64,000 nucleotides of DNA, taken from contig NC_086375.1 of assembly GCF_036588685.1 (NCBI RefSeq), forward strand, positions 69,130,001-69,194,000, given 5' to 3'. The translations under genes were made by a program, and so were the position numbers. Origin of the DNA: Mytilus trossulus. Taxonomy: Eukaryota. Under the pieces are notes generated by a model. That model saw only the letters and a list, made by a program, of their open reading frames with translations. It had not been told where the DNA came from and searched no databases. Positions within the stretch are counted from its first letter, which is position 1. Every line of letters starts with the position of its first letter. Below are positions 24,601 through 36,251 of the stretch, piece after piece.

Positions 24601-27600
24601 TATGATTTTTTAATTGCCAAACATACTGTTAATTGAAAAACCTATTGTTCAACATAGGGGTGAGTAAAAAACTGCCAGATTTGACTGCATATTTTTTTTT
24701 TTTTTTGAAAAAAATATATGTCAAACCTTAATAATGTAGCTTTCTGGGTATCCAATTTTTAACGTGTTCCGAAATGTAGTTTCGTCACAAGAATTTTTCA
24801 AAGTTGTGTCATTTTGTCTATATGAATGTCGGTAAATTCGTATAATCGAGCACACCGCCAAGTATATCGTTGGGACAACTCGATATAATGTAATCAATAT
24901 ACGTGAAAGATTACCTAATGTGAAGTTTATCAAAATCATCATAACATAATTGATCAACACATTATGTTTGAACAACATGAGTCCTACAATATAAGATTTT
25001 AATGGTGCATATTATTTACATTCAACGTTTTTATTGGATTTTTTTTTACTACAATGTAACCTCGAGGTTCAACGTTGATAGTAAAAAAAATCCCAGAAAT
25101 TTTTTGAATGATATTGTAAATGATATGAACCTTCGAATTCTTATAATATCGGAATCGAAAATATGTGATCCGAATTAACCATGCACGTGTGTTACAGAAG
25201 ATTATGAACTTTTATGATGTAAGGGGTTTTCTTTAACAATATTATGATCCCAAATTTAATGAATTTTGTTGGCAATACTTTAATATAAACACTACATATA
25301 GCAAAGTATATATTAAATCTCAATGTATTATTATTAGGAAAAATGTTTGACTCAGTAAAAAAAAATCTTCCCTCTTGAAAATATCAGACCACAATTAACA
25401 GAGAACCAATTTTTTTTTACTTTACAATGAAATTGAAAAAGTAGTTAGTTGCATGTCAAATCATCTTTTGGCTGTCGACAACAAATAAATAAAATCTAAA
25501 TTTCGTAGCATTTTACCTCCCCCCCCCCCTTTTTTTTTAAAGAATTTGTTCAAGGTATGGTGGTTTTACCCCTTTTAAAATTTCAGTATGTCATGTTGTA
25601 TATATCTTTTATAAATTAGATGAATTTCTAGCAAGTTTCTACGATATTCTTTATCATTTGACAAAATACTATGCATCTGAATTAAATTGTTTACTATTTG
25701 AAAAAGCGCGCCTTCTTTTACTTTAATTTACTTCCCTTTATTTCACATAGCAATAAATATAAAAAAAACTGCCAGATTTGACTGCATATCAATTTTTTTT
25801 CCAAAAAAAAATATATGTCAAGCAGCATATTTAACTTTACAATTGGGAGAAAATCAAGATGTTCCAACTATAGGTTAGTATTACAAAAAAAAATGAAAGG
25901 ATGGCATGATTACAGGTTTGAACCCTGACGACACTTAAAATCGAAAATTCACTTATTTACCTATCATATGAAGATACGATATGTGATAAACTTAACAATT
26001 AATAATTTACCTGGTGCATTATCATATTCACAATACGTTTACACGTCTTAGTTCGTCTGTGTTAGCTCATTTCAAGCTCGTGGTACCTCTAGTCAGAAGA
26101 GCGCTCTGTTTACAGGGGAGCTAATATTTTGTCACCGGTTCACGCACTGTAATAACCATACTTGTATTTATATTAACAGTTAGTTGTATTTTTTATAATT
26201 TACATGTTTTAGGGATTGGAAATTCCTGTTTATATGGAAATGGTGTAGTTATGATTGGCAGCTATTTCAAGAAAATACGTACACGAGCTAATGGTATTGC
26301 CTTGTCAGGTGCTAGTGTTGGAACGTTTGTTATTCCTCCTCTAATGGAGTTCTTGTTACAGACATATGGACTTCCAGGAACGTACCTTATCCTAGGAGGT
26401 TTGTACTTGACTGTAGCTGTTTGTGGTGCCCTTTACCGTCCACTGATATTTTATACAAATGGCGGAAAAAAGGAGGGAAGCGACGAAAAGCATAAACTAA
26501 TAGAGAAAGATCTAAATGATTATTTTACTAGCACTGGTTCATTAGTTATTGAATCAACCAAAGGTTTGGAGCAAGTTGTACAGTCGGTAAACTCTAATAA
26601 ACAGCATGATAGTATCACGATCAAAATCTTTGGAAAACCTATAGTAATTCCAAAAATATTTCATTTTTCAGTGCTGAAAATGCCGGAGGTTATGTTTTAT
26701 ACCATTTTCTCATTTCTAGTATTTTTTGGATATTTTAATTTTATCATACTAATGCCAATAGATGCTGCCAGTAGAGGATTTGCAAGCTATGAAAAAGCCT
26801 GGCTCGTTTCTTGTGCTGGTATAGGCGATCTCATTGGGAGAGTAGTTGTGGGAATCGTAGGAGATCTTAGAATAATAGAACGATATAAAATAATTGGCGC
26901 CACCTGTATATTTTGTGGTATAAATATATTAATATTCAACTTTGCCACTGTATTTTGGTGGTGTGCTATCCATACAACGCTGTATGGATTTTTTGGGGGT
27001 GCATACGTTGCCCTGAACTCAATAGTACTGATTGATATGGTTGGACTAGAGATTATGCCCAAAGCAATAGGAGTAATTCTACTTATACAAGGACTTGGTG
27101 CAGCTATTGGACAACCTGTTGAAGGTAATATAATAGCCTGGTTTTTTTTATATGGGACTAGTCAAATAACAAGGACAGTGTGCTGTTTACTGAAAGGAAT
27201 AATGGGGATAAAAAGTAAATTCACAAAAATACAAAACTCCGAGAATGATTCACCTGAGGGGCTTCATAAAATCAAAACAAGTAAGAAGTAAAGTAGTTAC
27301 AGTTTTGAATATTTAGCCACAGATAAGTGGAATGCAGTTGTTAAATAACTTCCATAAACGAAAAAAAACCGCTTTAAAGATTTTTGTCTATGTTCTTTTT
27401 TGGACACAAGAGGAAATGGGAAAGATATATGAAACCTATCTGGTATGGGGTTATGCTATTGTTTATTGTAATGCCCTTTAATGCATTACAATTCTCCAAG
27501 TACAAATGATTTGGTATTAGTTGTATTTAATGTAAGGTATTACACTAACAAAATGTGTGTAATTTATCCATTACATAGAATTAAATAGCATTAAATCTCT

Positions 27601-28600
27601 TCTGATAGTGCTATATATTGCCCTAAATTTCAGGGATAATAAGAACCGACTGTTTTTGGTCTTTCCTTTAAGCAAATGGGAAAATAAAAAACCAATCAAT
27701 GTCTAGTAAAATTATTTACAAAATGTGTAAGTTTGCACTGATATATAGTTATCAAAGGTACCAGGATTATAATTTAGTACGCCAGACGCGCGTTTCGTCT
27801 ACATAAGACTCATCAGTGACGCTCATATCGAAATAGTTATAAACCAAACAAATACAAAGTTGAAGAGCATTGAGGATCCAAAATTCCAAAAAGTTGTGCC
27901 AATTACGGCTAAGGTAATCTATGTCTGGGATAAGAAAATCCTTAGTTTTTTGAAAATTCAAAGTTTAGTAAACAGGAAATTTATAAAAAAAAAAATGACC
28001 ACATAATTGATATTCATGTCAACACCGAATATATAACACTTAGTAAAAAATTTCTAACGGACGATTTCAACTTCACCACTTGGGGATTGAGTTGGAATTC
28101 TTGATTTATTAGCTTTCTTGTTTGCAGCCACGCTCTATCAAGGAAAGCAAAATAGAAAATACAAGTTGATATTTATAATATATTTTTAAGAATTAAAAAT
28201 AAATGTCTTTTGGATAATTTGGTGAAGTTTGAGAAAAAAAAAGTTCGCCTCTTCACTGTAACCAGGTTGTTATGAATAATGCCTATTGTGTTGAGTACAT
28301 AGCATGGATCATATTCAACATATATGTGTCCTTATGGTGAAAATGTTTGAATTGTAACAACCCTGGGAAATTTTTATACTCATTTTATGCACTAGATCAG
28401 TACTTTTATTTATGTGTAACGTTTATCTATCTATTTCAGGGGCCATCAAAGAAGCTACGGGGTCATTTTCCCTTTTAAATTATATAAATTCTTCATTAAT
28501 GATTATTGGAGGTTGTATGATGTTCCTGTATCCTTTAGTAAAAAATGCAAGTAAATTAAAAGATAAAAGTGATGCAGGACAAGAAGAAGAAGAAACTTGA
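12545..28600 (+). CDS. Monocarboxylate transporter (SLC16/MCT family, MFS), complete 5-exon CDS, 482 aa
   Basis: Exons 12545-12632, 13988-14131, 22096-22239, 26213-27124, 28440-28600; all GT-AG, all phase 1, total 1449 nt in frame. SLC16 motifs: DRGWAWMIVV (TM1), YFKKIRTRANG (loop 4/5), CGALYRP, GDLIGR (TM8). Paralogue not assignable by eye. Confidence 0.93.
12893..13045. repeat. Inverted repeat (fold-back) in MCT intron 1
   Basis: ATTGAATGCTTCTTTTTGTA ... TACAAAAAGAAGCATTCAAT. Confidence 0.65.
13988..14131 (+). CDS. MCT coding exon 2 (GYFFSSFIMLGVAKSYG...IYTLA)
   Basis: ttttAG acceptor, G|GTATG donor, 144 nt. Confidence 0.9.
14294..14891 (-). repeat. 3' LTR
   Basis: Direct repeat of 19774-20371; preceded on the minus strand by the PPT. 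Confidence 0.97.
14892..14902 (-). promoter_or_regulatory. Polypurine tract
   Basis: Minus strand AAGGGGGGAGG abutting the 3' LTR. Confidence 0.9.
14977..19681 (-). CDS. Gag-Pol polyprotein (SCAN-like capsid, CCHC knuckle, aspartic protease, integrase, RT, RNase H) with one frameshift near 15211-15216
   Basis: CAYCKKIGHLMADC; LRDTGAS; integrase HHCC and D(LIDCVGP) D(SDQG) E(LERFH); RT YIDD; RNase H DAS; RNase H C-terminus continues in ORF 14977-15219 (TDHNPL...ADALSR). Confidence 0.95.
19752..19768 (-). promoter_or_regulatory. Primer binding site, tRNA-Pro
   Basis: Minus strand TGGGGGCTCGTCCGGGA, 5 nt inside the 5' LTR; complementary to the tRNA-Pro 3' end (UCCCGGACGAGCCCCCA). Confidence 0.92.
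19774..20371 (-). repeat. 5' LTR
   Basis: Direct repeat of 14294-14891; 3 substitutions seen by eye. Confidence 0.97.
21196..21821. mobile_element. Non-autonomous Transib-like element
   Basis: About 43-bp TIR starting CACTGGGGTAAAGCTGATGACCG; 5-bp TSD AATAT; internal GATGACCGT repeats. Confidence 0.8.
22096..22239 (+). CDS. MCT coding exon 3 (APVFVALGQHFTERSVV...YGIGT)
   Basis: tttttcAG acceptor, CAG|GTAAG donor, 144 nt. Confidence 0.9.
22250..22523. mobile_element. Kolobok-like MITE
   Basis: TTAA TSD; TIR GGTGGTACC(C/T)AACA. Confidence 0.82.
23930..24370 (+). mobile_element. Penelope-like RT C-terminal remnant plus 3' repeat
   Basis: KFNRRHYVLVDRY-like end; followed by a repeat also at 13660-13890, 47805-48015 and 57185-57430. 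Confidence 0.6.
26213..27124 (+). CDS. MCT coding exon 4 (GIGNSCLY...GQPVE)
   Basis: ttttAG acceptor, G|GTAAT donor, 912 nt; contains most of ORF 26251-27291. Confidence 0.92.
27748..28030 (-). mobile_element. Hammerhead-containing interspersed repeat (non-LTR retrozyme / PLE terminal repeat) in MCT intron 4
   Basis: Same family seen at about 1851-2000, 5075-5340, 8050-8260, 9597-9790, 11383-11560 and 61950-62050. Confidence 0.8.
27779..27822 (-). ncRNA. Type I hammerhead ribozyme with intact core, in a Penelope-associated/retrozyme-like repeat
   Basis: Minus strand GCGTCA CTGATGA GTCT-tatgt-AGAC GAAA C-GCGC-GTC^TGGCGT: complete core, 4-bp stem II, short stem III with palindromic loop, stem I with G-U pairs. 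Confidence 0.88.
28440..28600 (+). CDS. MCT last coding exon (GAIKEATGSF...EEEET*)
   Basis: tttcAG acceptor; GxxxxxTGS motif before TM12; TGA stop. Confidence 0.9.
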
Positions 28601-31600
28601 TTAAAGGGAAGCAAATCATCAAAATGCAACAAAAATTCCAGGTGGAAAAAATTTCGAAGTTATATATATTCCAAATATATACAGTTAATATTTTGTTCAT
28701 CTCCTTTTTATCATCAAAACTTATTTTGCAATAATTTTTCAATGACATTTCCAGATATCATGTCATTCTGTTTTATTATATACATTGGTTTGAGCATATT
28801 TAGTTTATTAGTTATGTTTATCAATTTAAATAAGTCATAACATCAATATATTAAACAAATTTTTTAAAACTATTTCGGGTATTTTCTGTTTTGTTTCATT
28901 TTTATCAAACATTCCCTAATAGATTAAACATCCTCAATTTTTAAAAATTACATATATGATGTTAACTGAATGAATATTTTTCAATTTTTGAGATGATTTA
29001 ATGTTTGAATATTGTGCAAAAATATGTTAATACAATACTTTTCGTGTATATGGCTATTACTTATGACATATGCACGTTGGTTTTCACGTTTAAATTGTTT
29101 TACACTAGTAATTTTTTTTTTCGTTTATATCTTGCTGTTCGGTGTGAGCAAATGCTTCGCTTTGAAGACTGTACTTTGACCTATAACGGTTTACTTTTAT
29201 AAATTATGACTTGGACGAAGAAATGTCTCATACCACATCTTTGTCTATTTCCTATTTTGTTGATGTCTTGAATATTTAACTTCATTTTCAATGTTGAAAT
29301 GCATAAATGTGCCAGTTTGTTAGTTATACAGGATGTTATATCTTATTATAGAATGTTTATATATATATAATCTTTTTTGTTTGAGTTAAAAATTGCAGTG
29401 TTTGTGCTATAAGAATGTACTACTCTGACGAGTCACAAATTTCTAGAATTATTATTTTTTTTTGGTAACCTGATTACTGTGTTTATATGACTGTACAAAA
29501 TCATATGGTGGAGAACTTCTGTTTTTTGCTACGGCTTTATAAAACTACCCAATTCTGATGAGTTTACCTTCTTTTTTTTTTAAAGTTTTTAGACTATTAT
29601 GGAGAATAGTGGACCAATCTATTTAAATTCTTTAAAAAAAAGATTATATGCAGGTGTAATATAAGAAAGTTTTATAAAATTGGGTTGCATTTACTGTCAA
29701 TTTTGTCTACTAGGATTTTTTCTCTTATTTGGGGAAAAAAACCCTTCTTTTTTAACGTTTTGTAGTTAATGATTTGAGTATTATATATCTAAGAATTTAT
29801 CAAAGAAGAAAAGAAAAAATTGTTACCGGAAGTGCATGTCTCTGGTCAAATCCTTTCTTATACCTTCATACCCCTTTTCTCTACGTATGTTAACTAATTA
29901 GACTGACTTGTTGGGTAATACAGTCGGACAAGATCGTCAATTTTTAATACACAATTGGAAATTCTATTACTTATAACTATTTATTGTTTATACACGTTTA
30001 GGGTTAGGGTAATAGGGTTACAATTATTTCAATAAGTTAAGATTGATAATAATACAATTGGAATTCATTGATATTCTCCATATGTATCTTATGTTTTTGG
30101 AAATAATCCCAGAACGAGATCTCAAGGAGTCTTCAACGTCAGCAGAATACATACTAAACAGGTTTCGTTTTAACAAGTTCTTTTGGAAATCAATAAGGTT
30201 AATTTAATGTATTTCCAAATCATTTGCATTTTTATAGTCCAGGGTCTTACTTTTGCCTGATAGAAAGTACCTAAATTTTCCATATTTGACAGTGTGTAAT
30301 ATAAAAATTATTGTAATTATATTGATAAATTTAGAATTGTTCTTTTATCTTAGGAACGATGAGTTTGTTTTTATCAGAAGTAACATAAAGAATACATACG
30401 TTTTGGACTGTTTTGATCTTGATATGTTCTTGATTGTAATATTGTTGATTTATTGTAATTTTGTATTTTATTCTTATACTTGTATTTAATTTGAGATTGA
30501 AATATAATATTGGAAATCCGGTTTATGAGAATAATACGTTGAAATATGTGTCAAGCTATGAATATATCTTAAATGTATATGAATGAACCAGATTTGATGT
30601 AGTATCAATTTTTTTTATGTGTAAATGCTTTTTTATCAAACTTCAATAAATCATCGTTTTCAAGAGACAATCCAAGATAATCAATATAGTAGGCAAATTT
30701 TATTTACCAAGCATCAATCTAACACATACATTCCTGTATGTTTCCCCAAAAGCACAAAAAGAGTTATGTCTATCTACTAATCCATGGGTATGGTTTTGTA
30801 GTGCCAACTTCAAAATAAATGTTTGTAGAGACACTGTCAAGTAATATACCTGAATGAAAAGGTCGTTATCATGTTTGTTTATGGTTAATCAATTCGGCCA
30901 AATGGATACACTTTTCATTAAATTTCCAAATGAACGGGTAAATGAAACTGGAAGAAATCTTAACAGTAAACTAATGACATAAACAGTGGTTATACTAACT
31001 TCAAAGGCACCACATCTATAGAATGACCACTTCACATTTTAAAGATAGATATGCTGTTCAAAGTGCCTATGATAATTGCAGAACACAATCAACTTGCGAT
31101 GCAAAAAACATCTACAAAATGAAAACACAAAAATGTATCCATTTGATGTATTGTGAGTCGTTGTCTTATTGACGTAAAGTCCTCAGCATTATAATAAGAA
31201 AAGACAAGACGATTTAATACAACTTAGGCACACGTATGCTGCTACAAGAGATAACAATTATACGTTATCTAGAATAATTTCAGGAATTTTATACCATAAC
31301 CTAAATGATAACTTTTAGCCCATTTATTTCTTGAAACAATTAAGTAAACTTGCAATAATCTGATCAATTAAATAATATACATCGTAAGAAAAATGCTTAC
31401 TGAGGAATTTTATATAACAATTAAACGAAAACATTCGAAACGTATTTTAATTCTGATTGATATATGATTTCTGGAAGGCGCTCTTGGTAGAAATAATTTT
31501 TGTTTGTTTGTTTAAACTTAAGAAAGCAACAACATATTAACAAGAAACCGATAAGGAGAGAAAAGGTTTAGTATTCGAAACTCGGTACTACTCAGCGATA

Positions 31601-32565
31601 TTCAAGTACTCGCTAGTAGTTCAATTGCTGAAATTAAAGTTTTCTCAATTATCTTGAAACCCGATATGGATACAGAAAATCTCAAACGGCAGAATGCTTA
31701 GAAGTTTGGGATAGTCTTACTGTCCATATCATCAAAACTGCCAGAATACTTTTTATTGGAATAATTGTCCTTTATTAACGGATTTAACCATTGTTTCCGT
31801 TTTTGTCTTTATTCTTCAAAAATATCATAGTTACAAAGAAGCTTTAAATATCAAAGATGATCAGAAAGAAATGGTTTTTTTTTTGGGGGGGGGGGTTTTG
31901 TTGGGTTTTTTTAAATGACACAGGGCTCAAATTGGCATTTGACTCCTTGTTGCAGTTGCTTCTTAAAGATATCTTTTTATGACAACAAGTTTTGTTATGT
32001 TTGGAAACTTGTTTGTCAACAAACAAATGACATTCCTTTAATGATCAATTGAGCTTCTCTTTCTGCCGACTTGATACTTTTCAAATAGTCAATTTGTAGT
32101 TGATAACATCTGTGAGTACATGGCGGAGGATACCAATGGGATGTTTACACTCATATGTCGAATGTATACTGACAACGCTATGGAAATAAACAAAGAGCAA
32201 ACAACAGTATACAAAACACATCATAGACTATTGCTCTTTAACTAAGGCTGTTATTCTGCTATGCAAATATAGCATTGGAAAGTTTTTGCTGTAATGCCTT
32301 TATCGTTTCGTGTTTATTTAATAAACTGATGATATATTTGACTTCGTTAACCTACTGTCTCAAGTGTCATCCATGCTAAAATATGTATATATTTTGGTGA
32401 TAATATTTTTCAGGTAACTGTATTTATTTAATTTATGTACAATGTATAACTGTTCTAACTTTATCAGATTGATATAATACTGATGACTAAAGTGTATAGA
32501 TAAATTTTACTATGGATGTATACCTATAAACGTTGAGAAATGATAACACATTTCAAATTTTGAAA

Positions 32566-33490
32566 ATGAGGCGAAGATTGTCAACCAGTTTTTCTGTTGA
32601 TGACAGTGAACCTATTCTAAATGATCATATAGTTGAAAGTGATGACGATCTCGTATTATTGTCAAAATCGACTAAAGATACTGACAACGAAGAACAAATT
32701 GATTCAGTGGAAGTTCACCCTGATGTTGCATTAACCATTGAACCTACAAGTGTGCAAAGTTTCGTTTCCAAGGAATTGTTCAGAAAAAAATCATTTTGGA
32801 TTATAATTGCATCAAGTGTTGGAATACTCATAATTTTCTCATTGCTTATACATAAAATATTAACTAGTATTCAAGATACAGAGATTGGTTTAAAGGTAAT
32901 TATAATTAAGAAACAATATCTCCATGGCGTTACGATATGCAACTGAAAGTTGTTTTCTAATTGAACATCATCGAAACTTGACTATAGTTTACATAAGCGG
33001 TCCACGTTGGTTTGTCTGCGAATGTCGTTTCTTTGTTATGGACTGAAGAGATTGTTAATCAAAGTAATGAAATGGTATATTTTAACGATATATGTATGTT
33101 TAACAACCTTCGAATATTATATATGTTTATCATTACAAAAATAGTTTGAAACATTTTGATATAGGGAGACAATAATTGAAGAAAAAATAGAAATAGATCT
33201 ACTACTTTAAGCAAATACGTCAAAAGGTTTCTACCTTAAGCATAAATCTTATGAGCACATCTTATTTTGTAGGAAATCGGAATGTGAGTGATTTGATCAT
33301 AAATTTTATATCTAACTACTGATTAATGGCACTGTGCACTAAATGTCACCCAAATAACACCAAATGTATTTATAACATATTTGGTGTAATCAAACATTGT
33401 TTTACGTTCATATTCTAGTAAACTATGACTTGCATTCATTTATTATTTCAGTCAAACGCAACTGAAACCAATTTATCCTTGAAGCTATAA
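32566..33490 (+). CDS. Putative small type II membrane protein 2 (about 122 aa; exons 32566-32895 and 33452-33490)
   Basis: Acidic tail (DDSEPIL, DDDLVLL), RKK before TM FWIIIASSVGILIIFSLLI, AAG|GTAAT phase 0, exon 2 SNATETNLSLKL*. Confidence 0.62.
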
Positions 33491-36074
33491 GGTATGAAAC
33501 GTGTTTTTTTCTTTTCTTTGAAGATATCGAGTACTAGTATGTCTTATAACATTAAAAACCTTCTACTGTATATTGCACAATATACATTTTTATCAAACGA
33601 CAAAATAACGTCACCAATGTTACTACACATAAAGTGGATATACCTGTTTATAGAACTTCCTAATGAAATGAAATGAAATGAAAAGAAAATGCTTGAAATA
33701 ATTTTGTCTATTTATTCACAAATCTAATATAATGTATTGCTAATTCATATGTCTTTTAAAGCTTTGGTTAATACTGAATATTAAGTGTCGATCTTTACTT
33801 AACTTTTTTAATTAGCAGATAATTTGCGTGAATGATTGAGGAGTTAATATTGCAAAACTTAAATACAAAAAAAAAAACAAGAACTCCGAAGCAATTTGAA
33901 ATTGGAAAGTTTCTTCTCAAATGGCAAAATCAAAAGCTCAAACAAATCAAACGCATTGAACAAAAGTGTCATCTTCCGGATTTGGTACAGACATTTCTTT
34001 ATGTAAAGACAGAATATTTAACCTGGTTATATAGCTGGTTAATCCTCTCACGTGAATGACACTTGCATAAAATTCCATTATATTGATAACGATGTGTGGG
34101 CAAAATAATTCGACATAACAGGTAAAAATGTCGAAATAGGAAATAAATCGAAAAAGGAATACTGCAGTCAACATTGTGTTATAATCCTAATCACTATAAA
34201 AACAAGCAAATATGCCGGAAACATAGTTAATAAGAAAGCATGTAGACAAATTTCCAATATACTGTATATGTTCAGATGTTTAATTTCGATGCACGACATA
34301 CTTATTTGACTTCTAGCTCGATAATATCCTATTTATTAGACAATCCCCCAAACAAAACGTGTGAATACATAACATTTTATCATTTATGTCATACATTTTA
34401 GTTGAAAGAAAGATAACTCTGATGTTTCTGGGGTTTATTATCAAAAAAGAGTGGGCTTAAAAGTGGTGGGACAAAGTTCTAAATTGCAATTATTTACAAC
34501 GTGTATCTACGGTTTTTTTTTATTTAAATATAGTTTTACATGCACATTGCCCTCGTCGCTCATAATATTACTGTACATAATTCACCTTTTTATATACAAA
34601 TTGTACTATATGTTATGGGCGACAAAGGCAGTGTGCTTGTTAAACTATATTTATGTATCCACGTCGTAGCATAATGTATTTCAATTTCTTTTCTTGGGTG
34701 TTTTAATCTATTTACGTTGGTCTTAATTAAGGCAACCGTATCTAATGAATTGAGACTGCGAGCACATGCTGCTAGTCAGTTAATATGCCTAGATGTATCG
34801 TATCGGTGACTTGTGTAGCTTCTATTTCAGTTTGTTGTGATCATAAAACTGTCGGAGCAGTTCTTGTAAGGGTACACACTTGGGAAGACCTCTTGTTTCG
34901 GTAATATCCGAACGACTATAAGAATGACTTTGATTATTTTGCTCAGTGGCAGATCCAGAAATTTTCGCAAGAGGAGGCAAACTGAATACCTAAGAGGGGG
35001 CCGCTCCTGTTGGTAGTACGGTGGTTGGCGTGTGTCTTTATTTCGATATCATTTTTTAATTCATTCAATATTCGATTCAATAAGAGTATACGTAAATTTC
35101 TATTATCGTTTCAGTGACCCAGCACACGTCAAAGCAAGAAACAGAAGTGTAAATTAATATCTCTGTATTCATCTTTATGAGAAATCAAATCTTCAAAGTA
35201 TAATAGTAAATTTATCTTCAATTCATTGAACTTCAAGTCGCGGAATGGGCGATATTGCGGTCATTATTTTTGCAGCAGCCTTCTAGGGAACAGATGATAG
35301 GGAACTGAACTTCGCTGATAAAAAACAAAGGCATCAAAGAAATTACATTTTATCACTTGCAGAATAATGCACATGTATTAAAAATCTAAAATCAATCATT
35401 TTTCCTTATTATTTCTTTTATCTGACTGATGTGAATAACACTTTTTTATGGAACGTTTGAAAATTGTGAAAATGTCAAATTGCACTTTTTAAATCAAGTT
35501 CATGAGAAAGATGATTTTTTAAGAAAAGTTCTTATGATTTAGTTCGTTTCAATTTTATCAGAGTAAAGATTGAAAAGTCAGAAAATTTCTTATTTATTCC
35601 GAACTCTGTATCGCAAAAAGCTTATATGATATAAAAACTTAGGAAATTTTTAAAATCAGTTGACTGGTCTTGCTGATCTGATGTTAATATCATATGTCAA
35701 TATCATAATCATGAAATCAAACTGTTTTCAAATTCATTTCAAAGTTTGGTTTGAGTCAATGTCATTGATTGTGTTAATCGTAAGTATATACAGTTACCTT
35801 TACCCCTATAACCTCAATATCTGTAGTTAAAACTCGGTTAATGTATCTTCCCTTCTGTACCTCATAACATATTTGTCACCTGAGTAATGTGTATTACCTG
35901 TAGTAATTGTAACCCCTCCAAGCATATACATGAATATTTTGTAAACACCTGAATGAATATCATACAGAATTGTAAAATATTTTAGGCGGACATTCTGAAA
36001 TACATTGATATTTTTCACTGAGACATATTTACTGTTTTACGTTTATACAAAAGACGAGCGGAATAATAATTACG

Positions 36075-36251
36075 ATGGAATCTAAGCATAATACACTGCA
36101 GAGAGGGATCAATAATATAAGAAAGACAGCGAAAGAACAAGCACAGTGTTTTTCTAAGATGTCGTCCCGTAAGAAGAAGACATTGGTAGCTGTTGTAGCA
36201 ATTGTTGGATCATGTATAATAATACCGTCTTTAATTGACAGCTTCAGATGA
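36075..36251 (+). CDS. Putative small membrane protein 3 (58 aa; possibly frameshifted relative to a second exon at 36817-36855)
   Basis: MESKHNTLQRG...RKKKTLVAVVAIVGSCIIIPSLIDSFR*; GTAAGT donor at 36263; below the ORF-track length cut-off. Confidence 0.4.
   Translation: MESKHNTLQRGINNIRKTAKEQAQCFSKMSSRKKKTLVAVVAIVGSCIIIPSLIDSFR

Noticed and set aside
26787-27062. 91-aa minus-strand ORF
   Set aside because: Antisense shadow of MCT exon 4
27767-27961. 64-aa ORF
   Set aside because: Spurious translation of the hammerhead repeat
29426-29570. CTGACGAG and CTGATGAG hammerhead-like words on + strand
   Set aside because: No stem II, GAAA or stem I partner
29998-30021. TTAGGG-like repeat
   Set aside because: Only two perfect units; too short for an interstitial telomere call
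30040-30400. Possible sixth small membrane gene (short hydrophobic run, CAG|GT, downstream acceptors)
   Set aside because: No continuous frame or start; at most a decayed copy
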